A stretch of 64,000 bases of DNA from Eledone cirrhosa (taxonomy: Eukaryota): positions 41,292,001 through 41,356,000 of the forward strand of contig OZ024746.1 in assembly GCA_964016885.1 (NCBI GenBank), written 5' to 3'. The position numbers and the translations under genes are program-made. Below, in pieces: positions 14,450 to 29,891 of the stretch (within the stretch, counting starts at the first letter, position 1; each line of letters opens with the position of its first letter). The notes beneath the pieces are model-generated. The model was not told the origin of the DNA and did no database searches. It saw nothing but the letters and a program-made list of their open reading frames with translations.

Positions 14450-15150
14450 ACAAACATCCAAACCCAAAGACAAGCTACAAATGATCAATGTAATATACAA
14501 ATTCAATTGCAAAAAATGAAAGTTATAATTTTCATGCAACCATTGGCCTTCTCTTGAAGGCTCATGCTGGAACTAGATGATATTCTGGTATGAGTAAGCA
14601 GCTGCTATATCAAATACGTATTTTGAGAAGGCAAGATTAGAGATTCTCTCATTTATATTGGCTACTAAATATTTTGATATCGATGGATGGGTGACAAGAG
14701 CATTTACTAAACTTATTCCTTCAGTATATGAAAGATCTTGTGTATGTTAGAGTCTGGTGAAAAGTGATGCCTAAGAAATCTATACTGGTTAGATTGGTGG
14801 CAATGGTAATTTAAAACCTTAGCTCCCTAAAGCTCCCTAAGGTGTAGTCAGCATTAGAACATAATAGAGTCATGTCATAATCCTAGAACATGTTGATACT
14901 AAAGTCTGGGATCCTATAGAGTATATATAATCTGACCAAATTGCATTCACTGTTGAATGACACCATGCGAATGTTGAAAAAGCCTGATGAGTCAGATGTT
15001 TTCACTCAAGGTAAGTCTTTGATCATGAGCAGTATTTTAGGCACATGAAATTATCTTTAGGTGAATTTCATTTATGTACACATTTAGTTGGATCAATTTG
15101 ATAGCTTTATCTATTAATAGAAAGAATTCTGTATATTAAGGGGTAAAAGT
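14450..15150 (-). pseudogene. Degenerate Penelope-like RT remnant
   Basis: Minus-strand pieces TNLTSIDFLGITF and NINERISNLA..KYVFDIAA match PLE RT TNL...FLD.T and I..RIS.LS...F..AA; many stops. Confidence 0.6.
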
Positions 15151-15857
15151 TCACACATATAGACAAACACACACACACACACACATGCATACACAGACAT
15201 GCACATACACATCATCATCATCATCGTCATCATTATTATTATTATTACCATTTTGTATAGATTAGGGTCGTCATGTTCTGAGGTTAGAATGGTCAGATGA
15301 CTGCATCATGCTCATATGTTCCATTCTGGCACAGTTTTTATGGTTGGATATACTTAACTAATGCCAACCACTTTATGGCATATGTCAGTTGCTCTTATTG
15401 TGGAGCCAGATCTTCCACCTGACACCTGACAGAGTGGACTCGGTAATTTTTATTGTGGCACCTTCCCTACACCATCATCATTTGATGTCCATTTTTCTTG
15501 CTAGCAAGGGTTGAACATTTACATATATTACCTTTTGCATACATATATATCAACACTTTTGTGGACACCCAAATTCGTTAAGTGTATACACATACTTATG
15601 CATACATAGATATGAATGCAGAAGTTAATTGTTAATAGAGACAAATACTAATACTCACAATATTGGCACTACACACTCTATCCCCCCTCTCTCTCTCTAT
15701 TATATAACACATATATAATCCAATCTCTGTGCTCTTCCTCCTCCTCCTTCACTACCTCTATAGATTATAAACAGTCAACCACTTTCCTTCACTAAATTCT
15801 TCTCCCACCATGCCTCACTTACTGTATGATACAATCGTTTTCTCATTCAATTCTTAC

Positions 15858-16215
<358 letters not shown>

Positions 16216-17069
16216 TCTGACATATTCCACTTCTTTATCATATGAGAAAACATACAAACAGCAACTATAAACAGCATATACATATGCTAACTAGGCTTGA
16301 TCATATATGTATACATTAACCTACAGTGAGTGTATAACATAACAGATTCTTGTTCAATACACATATAATACAAATCACACATATATATATACATATATAC
16401 ATACATACATACACACATATATACATATATGCATACATATATACATGCATACATACACACACATACATACACACATATATACATACACATATATATACAT
16501 ACACACACACATATATACATATATATATAGATAAATAAATACATACATATATACATACATACATGCATACATACATATATACATACATACATACACATAC
16601 ATACATACATATATAAGCACACACACATACACATGTGCAACAACTATATAATATAAGGTATAAACATACAGTAAATATGTGTACATTATAAGGTACATGA
16701 ACATACATTAACTATATATATATATATATATACAAGCAAAACATTCTATGCACACATGCAGCTATTGTTTAGTATATAACAAACACTCACACACACACAC
16801 ACACACACACATACATACACACACACACACATAGACTCTCACACACACATACTCCTGCAATGAGTATGCAAGTGCAGTATGTAAACTATGCTTGCTGCAT
16901 TTCTATATCACAAATCATACTCACTCATACATATATACATATATATAAATGCACACAAATATATGTACACACATACATATATAAATGCATATCTGTACAT
17001 ATATTTATACATGCACACATACACAAATACGTATATACATACATTCATACATACATGCATTTATACATG

Positions 17070-17410
17070 TGGAGGCACATGGCTTAGTGGCTAAAGCATT
17101 GGTCTTGCAATCGAAAGGTTGTGAGTTCAATTCTCAGACCGGGTGATGTGTTGTTTCCTTGAGCAAGACACTTTATTTCACATTGCTCCAGTTTACTCAG
17201 CTGTAGAAATGAGATGATAGGGACTGGGGTCCCTATCATTCCACTGCAAAGTGGTCGTGTAGGTGCCATGGCAAAAAAGCACCCAGCACTCACTGTAAAT
17301 GAGGTTGGTGTTAGGAAGGGCATCCAGCTGTAGAAATCAAGCCAGAATCAGTTCCCGTCCCACCCTTGCAAGCAGGGAAAAAGCGGACGTAAAATGAAAT
17401 GATGATGATG
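17070..17410 (+). mobile_element. tRNA-derived CORE-like SINE (family B) with RTE-derived 3' tail
   Basis: A box tggcttagtgg, B box gagttcaattc, ccttgagcaagacactt core, tail nearly identical to the RTE-A 3'UTR, (GAT)n. Confidence 0.85.
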
Positions 17411-18629
17411 AAATGAGGATACACACAAACAAACACATGATGATGATGTCTGCAACTCAATTTTGAGTAATGCCATCGCTTGATACTTAAGCATGAACAT
17501 CATGGATGTGGCTTTTTAGTCCTGCTAGGGTCTTGCATATGGCCAGCAATACCATGCATTGTAAAAAATGTCTCATATCAAGCTATGCCTCTGCTTAAAG
17601 CTTTTTTTAAGTGAGGAAAGGCTTTGCACAGGGCCAACCCCACTTTCTGAACATTGAATGCATTTACCCAAAAGGAAGAACTGGTCTACATTGTAGGATG
17701 CAAATGAAGTCACATGTTTTATATCAGAGTGACCTTCTCCTTGATGTCTTAATGAAGACTAGTGGTCTCTCACTCCATATATATATGTATTGGGATGTTG
17801 TGGTAAAGTCTGACCTCATGCAACTGAACCTAACAAAGAAGATGACACAAGATCAAGTCAACTGGTGACATGCTGTACTACAGAAGACTTGCCTTCTCAC
17901 AGGATATGGAGGAAATGCAAACAGAGAGGTGTAACAGCCTTTATAGGTCCCTATACCCCTTCTTTCATTATCTCCCACCACCAAGTCTCCTTCCCATTCA
18001 CACCACTGATCCTTACTTTTCTCACCCGACCCATGCCAGCATAGAAAGCCAAGCAAGCCTCACAATATACCACTAGACACAACTTAATCTCTTCAAGGCT
18101 ACTCCCATGACCCAATACTTCTTCTCCCATGGTCGTATGACTCCTCCACCCACTCCTATCAATGCCTCCTTAGTCATGGTGTCATGATAAAAATGCACTC
18201 AGCCCACTCTGTGAAGTGGTAGTTCTAGTTCCATGATAAAAAGCACATGGGTGGTATGACCATGACAAGGTCTTACATTCCTTCTCCATATGCTGTAGCA
18301 AAAGAAAACAAAAGCCTTTATCATCTATGGTCAGTCATGCTCATGCAGCACATGTGAAATCATTTAAATTAAGTGATGCCTGTGCTTAAAGGTCTTTTTT
18401 AAATGAAGAAAGGCCTTGCACTGATCAACAGTGACAGGTATCCCCCCCACACCCAAAATAAAAAAAGGTCAACATTGAGTCAAAGGTTTTACATCAGAGT
18501 TCTTCTAGAATGATGTACTAATAAAGACTAGGGGGTCTCTTCAAGTGGGTTAACCATATGCTGGGGCAACAAACTGAGTATTTCCATGAGCCCGTGCATA
18601 CATACATATATATACACATACATACATAC

Positions 18630-18780
18630 ATGGTGGCTGCAAACTCGTTTTCGAGTACGGCCACTACTTTATATCCATGTAGGAGAACCTCTACCGATGC
18701 GCTGAACGAGTGTGGCTTTTTAGTCCAGCCAGCGACTTGAAAACTCTGGTACAAACACTACACTTGTGACAATTATTGAC
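18630..18780 (-). mobile_element. LINE 3' fragment encoding a C-terminal C2H2 finger (RTE-type)
   Basis: CSVCTRVFKSLAGLKSHTRSAH* between microsatellites; no supported splice context. Confidence 0.55.
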
Positions 18781-18803
18781 ACATATATACACATATATAC
18801 ACA

Positions 18804-18837
<34 letters not shown>

Positions 18838-19096
18838 CACATACATACATACATACATACATACATAGATATATACACACACATACATATATACATAGAG
18901 TGCCTATTTAGGTATGAGAAAAACATGCACACATGTTGTATGAATATGACACAACACATATTCATACATACAAACATATGCATACATACAGGAACTATAT
19001 GCATACAAGGAAAAGAACATGAATGCATGCTGTGTCTATACATACATGTATAGTGACAAAAAATATTGAAGAAAGATATGACACATTTTGTGTCTA

Positions 19097-19492
19097 TACA
19101 GCAGACAACGGTATTCGCAGGGGGTAAGTTCCTCGAGCAGCCGCAAAGAGTGAAAAACTGCGAATATTAGATGTGGTCCATAAAAATGCCTATAAACGTC
19201 AAAATATAACATAAAATATAATAAAAAAAGGAGGGAGCGTCTTATGCGAAGAGGCGTCTTATGCGAAGAGGCATCCAAGAGGCCAGCAAATATGGTATAT
19301 TGTTATTAATAATTTAGCATTAAAAACATATATATTGCCACGAAAAAGACATTAAAAAATCACAGAAGATATTTATGATTCCGCAAATATGCGGTGGTTT
19401 CCACAACCAATTATTAGTTAGGTTCTAAGGAAAGTTCTGTGAATAACCAGGACTGTGAATGTCAGGGCCGCAGATGCCAGGGGTACACTATA
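19097..19492. mobile_element. Tigger/pogo-like MITE
   Basis: TA-flanked imperfect TIRs; colinear with the copy at 53678-54965. Confidence 0.75.
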
Positions 19493-19504
19493 TATTACAG
19501 CATC

Positions 19505-22210
19505 TACATACATGCACATACACACATGCCACACATGCCATACACACATGCACACACATGCATATACACACATGCCACACATGCCATACACACATGCACA
19601 CACATGCCATACACACATGCCACACATGCCATACACACATGCACACACATGCCATACACACATGCCACACATGCCATACACACATGCACACACATGCACA
19701 TACACACATGCCACACATGCCATACACACATGCCACACATGCACATACACACATGCCACACATGCCATACACACATGCACACACATGCACATACACACAT
19801 GCCACACATGCCATACACACATGCCACACATGCCATACACACATGCCACACCTGCCATACACACATGCCACACATGCCATACATGCCATACACACATGCA
19901 CACACATGCACATACACACATGCCACACATGCCATACACACATGCACACACATGCACATACACACATGCCACACATGCCATACACACATGCACACACATG
20001 CACATACACACATGCCACACATGCCATACACACATGCCACACATGCACATACACACATGCACACACATGCCATACACACATGCACACACATGCACATACA
20101 CACATGCCACACATGCCATACACACATGCCACACATGCACATACACACATGCCACACATGCCATACACACATGCACACACATGCACATACACACATGCCA
20201 CACATGCCATACACACATGCCACACATGCCATACACACATGCCACACCTGCCATACACACATGCCACACATGCCATACATGCCATACACACATGCACACA
20301 CATGCACATACACACATGCCACACATGCCATACACACATGCACACACATGCACATACACACATGCCACACATGCCATACACACATGCACACACATGCACA
20401 TACACACATGCCACACATGCCATACACACATGCCACACATGCACATACACACATGCACACACATGCCATACACACATGCCACACATGCCATACACACATG
20501 CACACACATGCCATACACACATGCCACACATGCCATACACACATGCCACACATGCCATACACACATGCACACACATGCACATACACACATGCCACACATG
20601 CCATACACACATGCCATACACACATGCACACACATGCACATACACACATGCCACACATGCCATACACACATACCATACACACATGCACACACATGCACAT
20701 ACACACATGCCACACATGCCATACACACATGCCACACATGCCACACATGCCATACACACATGCACACACATGCCATACACACATGCCACACATGCCATAC
20801 ACACATGCCACACATGCCATACACACATGCACACACATGCACACACATGCACATACACACATGCCACACATGCCATACACACATGCACATACACACATGC
20901 CACACATGCCATACACACATGCCATACACACATGCACACACATGCACATACACACATGCCACACATGCCATACACACATGCCACACATGCCATACACACA
21001 TGCCACACATGCCACACATGCCATACACACATGCCACACATGCCATACACACATGCCACACATGCCATACACACATGCACACACATGCCATACACACATG
21101 CACACACATGCACATACACACATGCCACACATGCCATACACACATGCCATACACACATGCACACACATGCACACACACACATGCCACACATGCCATACAC
21201 ACATGCCATACACACATGCACACACATGCACATACACACATGCCACACATGCCATACACACATGCCACACATGCCATACACACATGCCACACATGCCACA
21301 CATGCCATACACACATGCCACACATGCCATACACACATGCCACACATGCCATACACACATGCCACACATGCCATACACACATGCACACACATGCACACAC
21401 ATGCACATACACACATGCCACACATGCCATACACACATGCCATACACACATGCACACACATGCACATACACACATGCCACACATGCCATACACACATGCC
21501 ATACACACATGCACACACATGCACATACACACATGCCACACATGCCATACACACATGCCACACATGCCATACACACATGCCACACATGCCACACATGCCA
21601 TACACACATGCCACACATGCCATACACACATGCCACACATGCACACACATGCCATACACACATGCACACACATGCACATACACACATGCCACACATGCCA
21701 TACACACATGCCATACACACATGCACACACATGCACATACACACATGCCACACATGCCATACACACATGCACACACATGCACATACACACATGCCACACA
21801 TGCCACACATGCCATACACACATGCCACACATGCCACACATGCCATACACACATGCCACACATGCCATACACACATGCACACACATGCACATACACACAT
21901 GCCACACATGCCATACACACATGCACATACACACATGCCACACATGCCATACACACATGCCACACATGCCATACACACATGCACACACATGCACATACAC
22001 ACATGCCATACACACATGCACACACATGCACATACACACATGCCACACATGCCATACACACATGCCATACACACATGCCACACATGCACATACACACATG
22101 CCATACACACATGCACACACATGCACATACACACATGCCACACATGCACACACATGCACACACATGCACATATACACATGCCACACATGCCATACACACA
22201 TGCACACACA
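19505..22210. repeat. Complex satellite of four CATG-terminated words (9, 10, 13 and 14 bp)
   Basis: ccacacatg, cacacacatg, ccatacacacatg and cacatacacacatg in variable order; stop-free in all six frames. Confidence 0.95.
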
Positions 22211-22339
22211 CCATGTAGCAGTTATATAACACAAAACAAATACAACTATACAACATGCACACATACATGATAAATAGTTATATAGCATAGCATAAGACAC
22301 ACACACATTCACACATCATCTTCAACACCATCTTATATG

Positions 22340-22864
22340 ATAAATAGTTATATAGTATAAGACACTATTATATAGACACATGCATACACACACACACACA
22401 CACACATCATCATACATGATAAACAGATATAGCATAAGACACTATTATATAGACACATGCATACACACACACACACACATCATCATACATGATAAACAGA
22501 TATAGCATAAGACACTATTATATAGACACATGCATACACACACACACACACATCATCATACATGATAAACAGATATAGCATAAGACACACAACTATTATA
22601 TAGACACACACACACATAGGACACACACACATCATCATCATCATATATGATAAATAGATATAGCATAATACACACAACTATTATATAGACACACACACAC
22701 ACACACATACATACACATATCATCATCATCATACATGATAAATAGATATAGCATAATACACACAACTATTATATAGACACACACACACACACACATACAT
22801 ACACATATCATCATCATCATACATGATAAACAGCTATAGCATAAAACACACAACTATTATATAG

Positions 22865-22895
<31 letters not shown>

Positions 22896-23050
22896 TATCA
22901 TCATCATCATACATGATAAACAGATATAGCATAATACACACAACTATTATATAGACACACACACACACACATACATACACATATCATCATCATCATACAT
23001 GATAAACAGCTATAGCATAAAACACACAACTATTATATAGACACACACAT
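22340..23050. repeat. Minisatellite of ~60 bp units with variable internal (CA)n/(CAT)n
   Basis: Repeated catgataaacagatatagcataa..actattatatagacac. Confidence 0.9.
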
Positions 23051-23219
23051 ACATGAACACAATAAGCCTACACACATTCCATGCAGCAGTTATGTAACTA
23101 TCACATAAACACAACATACACAACGCACATGTATGCACAACACACGTACGCCATGCAACAGTTATATAGCACAAGATGCATACTACTACTATCAACCATA
23201 ATAATACAGCATGTGTATT

Positions 23220-23263
<44 letters not shown>

Positions 23264-24237
23264 TGTCTGTAACTTCTTAAAATTTACACACATAAATGTA
23301 GACACTCATAATACCATGACACAATATAGCTCCTATCACAGTCATGTTGTAACAATAAGTCATTTACTTTTCAATTACAAGCTATTAGGTTCTAACCATA
23401 TATTTGTCCCCATAAACAATTATTTATGTAAAGGTACTCATACATATGTATGTCACTGGTACATATATAACGAACATTTATGTAATTATATCATAGAAAT
23501 AAATTAATAAAATATCATTCTTGTTTTTAATAATTTCCATGTGTCCGTAATCAACAAAAACTATAGGGTTTCTCTTAGGTGAACCATTAATTTATCAAAA
23601 CACAAATTTCGCAGTTTGTATTATTGTTAATATATCCGGTAATCCTAGTATATATGGTACACCAATCCTGGTTACCAAACATTAAAGAAATTCAATGTTA
23701 TTACTGTTATTATTGATGGCTCTGGTCCATTAGTAGTAGTAGTATATATATATATAAAGTACATATATACATATACTACTACTAGATACAAAATATACAT
23801 CATACAAGCAAGTATATAGAGATAAGACACAAACAATTATATATATGTATACCCCCACACTCACATGTGCACACATGGTGTATTCAGCAATATATATATA
23901 TATATATAGAAGCTTAATATATCTATTATAAAAACACGTTACATATATATGTATGGGCTTGTAACTCCTGATGGAGTCATAGTGGCATTTAAAATCTGGC
24001 AGAGTCAGTCCCTCACTAGGTCTGAACATGGCCAACGTCTTCCAGAGAAGGAGAGAGAGAAGTGAGAAAGATATATAGAGCAAGAATCAGCCCTGGAACT
24101 GGTCTAGTACTTTTTCTGTAGACCTTGAAAGGCTCAAAGGCTAAGTTGACCTTGGTGGGATTTGAATAAAGTACATAGAGAACCGGTACGACTACTGCAA
24201 AGAATTATATCTGATGTTTGAATGACTCTACTAATTC

Positions 24238-24903
<666 letters not shown>

Positions 24904-25049
24904 TCCAACCCTTGCTGACAGGGTAAGCTGATATTAAAACGACAATGATGATGATGAGATATATATATATGCTTGATGTTGTTATAATGGTCCGTTTCGA
25001 GTGCGTAGAACAGTGAACCACATGTAACAGTAGTTACACACTCACCTAG

Positions 25050-25084
<35 letters not shown>

Positions 25085-25200
25085 ATATATATGTGTGTAG
25101 TGCACCTGTGTACTGTACACAATAATTTTCATTATCATTATTATTATTAATTATTACTTTATTTTATATATATGTATATATGTATATATATATATATATA

Positions 25201-25913
25201 TCATCATCATCATCATCATCACCGTTTTATGTCCGTTCTTCCATGTTATCATAGGTTAGACAGGTTGTCCAGTTGTGGGCAGTGTCTGGTCGGCTGACCT
25301 TGTCTTGCTCATACGGGAACTGAGTCTGGCTTGATTTCTACAGCTGGATGCCCTTCCTAACACCAGCCTCATTTACAGTGAGTGCTGGGTGCTTTTCTTT
25401 TCCGTGGCACCTACACGTCCACTTTACAGTGTGGGCTGGGTGCTTTTTTGCCGTGGCACCTCTACGACCACTTTGCAGTGGGAGGGGGTGGGAGCATATT
25501 GTCTATATGCTTCAGCTTCGGCTTGTACCAGTGGGAAGTCGGGTCTTCTGTATTACTGCATGACGCCAGAGGTGTCATCACCTTTGAGAGGTGCAATTGG
25601 GTAAAGTTGGCTTTTATCACCTCATCCCAGGTCTTTCTTCGACTTCTAGTGTTTTGCACCTTTTTATGTAGCTCTCATCCTTCATACGCATCACATGTCC
25701 ATACCAATGCAACCTCTTCTCCTGCACACAGCATTTGATTCCTCTTATGATCAGTCTCTCTCTCAATTCGTTTATGCTTTGCTGTTCGCATATATTACTA
25801 TTACACATCCACCGGAGCATGCAGGCTTCATTTATTTCTAATCTACGCAAGTCTTCTACACACAATGCCCAGGTCTCACTACCATGTAACATTGCTGTTC
25901 ATATGCACGCATC
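25201..25913 (-). mobile_element. RTE-A 3' fragment with internal deletions
   Basis: [21 protein letters not shown], 3'UTR and (CAT)n. Confidence 0.9.
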
Positions 25914-26143
25914 ATATATATATATATCTAGGGAGTGTAACATGCAGTTACTGTAGATTAACTCGATTAAGCACTTGATGCATATTTTCCTGTCATTACC
26001 ACCGCGGAGGTCTGACGAGCTTTTGATTCCAGAGTTGGGCCAGATCGATACATATCGAACCTTGAGCTGATCAATAATGAAACGCATGCCACTATTCAAT
26101 AAACGTAATGAAGACATAACAAATCGTCCTTTTATTATTTATT

Positions 26144-26352
26144 TGGCAGTATCGGTAGAGGGTCGGACGCCATGCTCTGATGCATAGAGTTACGGCCCTT
26201 GTCATTCTGAGTTCAAATCCCGCCAAGGTTAACTTTGCCTTTCATCCTCACGGGGTCGATAAAATAAAGTACCAGTCATGCACTGGGGTCGATTTAATCG
26301 ACTTTCCCCTCCCCCAAAATTGCTGGCCTTGTGCCTATATAAGAAACCATTA
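26144..26352 (+). mobile_element. SINE family A
   Basis: Same head, B box, central and tail motifs as the copy at 7855. Confidence 0.85.
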
Positions 26353-26368
26353 ATATATATATACAGAT

Positions 26369-26838
26369 GGAGACACATGGCTTAGTGGTTAGAGCATTGG
26401 CCTTGCAATCGAAAGGTTGTAAGTTCAATTCTCAGACCGGGTGATGTGTTGTTTCCTTGAGCAAGACACTTTATTTCACATTGCTCCAGATTACTCAGCT
26501 GTAGAAATGAGATGATAGGACTGGGTCCCTATCATTCCACTGCAAAGTGGTCGTGGAGGTGCCATGGCAAAAAAAACACCCAGCACTCACTGTAAATGAG
26601 GTTGGTGTTAGGAAGGGCATTCAGCTGTAGAAATCAAGCCAGAATCAGTTCCCGTCCCACCCTTGCAAGCAGGGAAAAAGCGGACGTCCTATCATCTCAT
26701 TTCTACAGCTGAATAAACTGGGGCAATGTGAAATAAAGTGTCTTGCTCAAGGAAACAACACATCACCTGGTCTGAGAATTGAACTCACAACCTTTTGATT
26801 GCAAGGCCAATGCTCTAACCACTAAGCCATGTGCCTCC
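26369..26838. mobile_element. SINE family B (+) followed directly by an inverted 5' half copy (-)
   Basis: 26369-26687 full copy; 26688-26838 is the reverse complement of head and core. Confidence 0.85.
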
Positions 26839-26880
26839 ATACGTACATACATATATGTATACAGACGTACAGTAGCATGC

Positions 26881-26920
<40 letters not shown>

Positions 26921-26962
26921 GCATGCTACTGTACGTCTGTATACATATATGTATGTACGTAT
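26839..26962. repeat. Perfect 42 bp inverted repeat around (TA)n
   Basis: 26839-26880 is the exact reverse complement of 26921-26962. Confidence 0.9.
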
Positions 26963-27160
26963 ACACACATACTTACATTTAAGTAAGTGCCGTACTAAGA
27001 GTGAGGAATGAAATTTCGTTTTCATTTTATTTCAACTTATCATTCTCGGTATGCCTGACCGACATAACTCACTCGATATGCAAATTAGGCTGCTCAGCCG
27101 TTAATTTTCATAAGGAAAGTATATACTTTCGAACGTTCAACTATCTGGCAGATAGGTATA

Positions 27161-27201
27161 CGGTGCTGATGATAGCTAACAAGCTTGAAACTAGTACATC
27201 G
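27161..27201 (+). ncRNA. Minimal type I hammerhead ribozyme
   Basis: cggtg-CTGATGA-t-agct-aaca-agct-t-GAAA-ctag-TA-catcg; palindromic stem III, GUA triplet. Confidence 0.8.
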
Positions 27202-27251
27202 TTCCTGTGTCAGTGTTGAACAAAAAGGTGGCGTGGTTGCCTTAACACCGT

Positions 27252-27288
<37 letters not shown>

Positions 27289-27338
27289 TTGGGGAGGGTC
27301 ATATTTGTGTAATATTGCCAGAATTTTCTGTTATATAT

Positions 27339-27391
<53 letters not shown>

Positions 27392-27442
27392 CATATATAT
27401 ATTTATATATATACATATTTATATATATATATATATATAATA

Positions 27443-29891
27443 AGGTGGAGGGGTCAATTAAGGCCAAAAAGCAGGCTTGGAAAGTATGGCGGGATGGGGG
27501 AAGTAGAGAAGACTATCAAGTGGCCAGGAGGGAAGCTAGGAGACAAGTGTACTTAGCAAGAAGGGAAGCTGAGGAAAGAAAGTTCAAGCATGTTCTACAA
27601 CGCGATGACCAAAAACGTGAGGTGTTCAGGATTGCTAGGCAATGCGTCAAGGAAAACCGTGATATTGTCGGGGAGAAGTGTGTACTAAACGACGATGGCA
27701 CACTTGCCATCACCGACGCTGATAAGAAGGTAGCTTGGAAGTGTCACTATGAAAGGCTACTAAATGAGGAGAATAAATGGGAGAAAGACAGTCTCCCCCA
27801 TATCGACCCAATAGAGGGACCAGCAGTGTTAGTCGAGGGGAGTATAATAAGTAAGGCAATCAAGGATATGAAGACGGGTAAGGCGGCTGGGCCTTCGGAA
27901 ATAGTTGCTGAGATGCTGAAGGCATCTGGCACGGTGGGACACACCATGGTCACCCGCATAGTTAACCAAGTCGTACAGAATGGGGTTGTTCCGAAGGACT
28001 GGCATAGCAGCATCATCGTTAACTGTTATAAGGGTAAAGGAGACGCCCTAGATAGGAGTAACTATAGAGGCATTAAATTAATTGACCAGGTCATGAAGGT
28101 CCCGGAAAAAGTAATAGCGCAACTAATCAGAGAGAGAATTGACCTAGATGAAATGCAGTTCGGGTTTGTGTCAGGCAAAAGTACCACAGACGCTCTTTTC
28201 ATAGTACGACAACTACAGGAGAAGTACCTAGCTAAAGGTAAACCCCTCTACTTAGCTTTTGTCGACTTGGAGAAAGCCTTCGACAGAGTCCCCCGCTCCA
28301 TTATCTGGTGGGCTCTTAGAAAACTAGGCGTTGACGAATGGCTTGTGAGGGCTATACAAGCCATGTATAAAGAAACAGTCAGCAAGGTTAGAATTAACAA
28401 CGAATATAGTGAAGAGTTTAGCGTAAAAGTTAGCGTCCATCAGGGCTCTGTTCTCAGCCCCCTACTATTTATTATTGCCCTTCAGGCTATAACAGAGGAG
28501 TTCAAGACAGGCTGCCCATGGGAACTCCTATACGCAGACGACCTGACACTCATAGCGGAATCAATGGCCGAGCTAGAGAAGAAATTCCAAACATGGAAGC
28601 ACGGCCTAGAGTCAAAAGGACTTAAAATTAACCTGGCTAAGACCAAAGTACTAGTTTGTAGGAAAGAAAACAAGGCGGCGGTCCCTTCTGGGAAATGGTC
28701 GTGCTCGGTGTGTAGGAAAGGCGTAGGTAGAAACTCCATTTTATGTCCTAAATGCAAAGTATGGGTGCATAAAAGATGTAGTGGGATCACAGGTAAGCTA
28801 ACTAAGAACATAGATTTTACATGTGGCCGGTGTTCTGGTGCAATAAGTAGCAGCAAGTGCCCACAAAATACTAGCTCTTTCAATTGCGCAGAGGGTTCTA
28901 TAGAAATAGTGGACAGCTTCCGTTACCTGGGCGATAAAATCAGCAGTGGGGGAGGGTGCTCTGAAAGTACTGTAGCTAGAGTCAGAACTGGTTGGAAAAA
29001 GTTCAGAGAGCTTATACCACTATTAGCTGCTAAAGGGTTCTCCCTAAAAATGAAAGGCAGGTTGTACGATGCCTGCATACGAACAACAATGCTGCATGGC
29101 AGTGAGACCTGGGCATTGTGTGCAGAGGATATACGCAGACTAGAGAGGAACGAAGCTTGCATGCTCCGCTGGATGTGTAACAGTAATATACGTGAACGGC
29201 AAAGCATAAACGAACTAAGGAAAAAATTAGAGATAAGAGGGATCAGATGTTGTTTACTCGAGAGAAGGCTACGTTGGTATGGACACGTGATGCGCATGAA
29301 AGTCGATAGCTGTATAACAAAGTGCAGGGCAATAAAGATAGATGGTAGTCACGGAATAGGCAGACCTAGAAAAACCTGGGACGAGCTGATAAACTCCGAC
29401 ATCACACACTTACACCTCTCCAAGACAATGTCACTGGACCGAGACCTTTGGCGGTACTCAGTAACAGAGAAGACCTGCCTTATCTAAATATATAGTAAAA
29501 CCTACTCCAGCCAGTAGGCATCTCTAACAAAATACACCCCGTCCCACCACCACCACCCCCACCCCCACCCCATCCACACCACCCCGTTCTATGTAAAGTT
29601 ATATTGGTGCCGCGCCATCGAGGCCGAAACAAATGAGATCGTGTAGGTGTCACGACAAAAAAACACACAGTCCACGCTGTAATGTGGCCGTGTAGGCAAC
29701 ACGGTAAAAACCTCCCAGACCCACACTGTAAATGTGGTTGGTGTTAGGAAGGGCATCCAGCTGTAGAAAACCTGCCAGACAGTCCTATGCGAGCAAGACA
29801 ATCACTCTTGCCTCAAGTGGGACTACCCCCGTCCAAACCCATGCAAGCGTGGAACACGGACATTAAACGTTGATGATGATGATGATGATGA

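Noticed and set aside
18691-18780. C2H2 zinc-finger gene exon
   Set aside because: Single finger followed by a stop and no TGEKP linker; better explained as a LINE C-terminus
19418-22312. Six ~900 aa His/Thr- or Cys/Val-rich ORFs
   Set aside because: The satellite words contain no stop codon in any frame; these ORFs are an artefact
26144-26430. tRNA genes
   Set aside because: A/B boxes belong to multi-copy SINE heads; no complete cloverleaf
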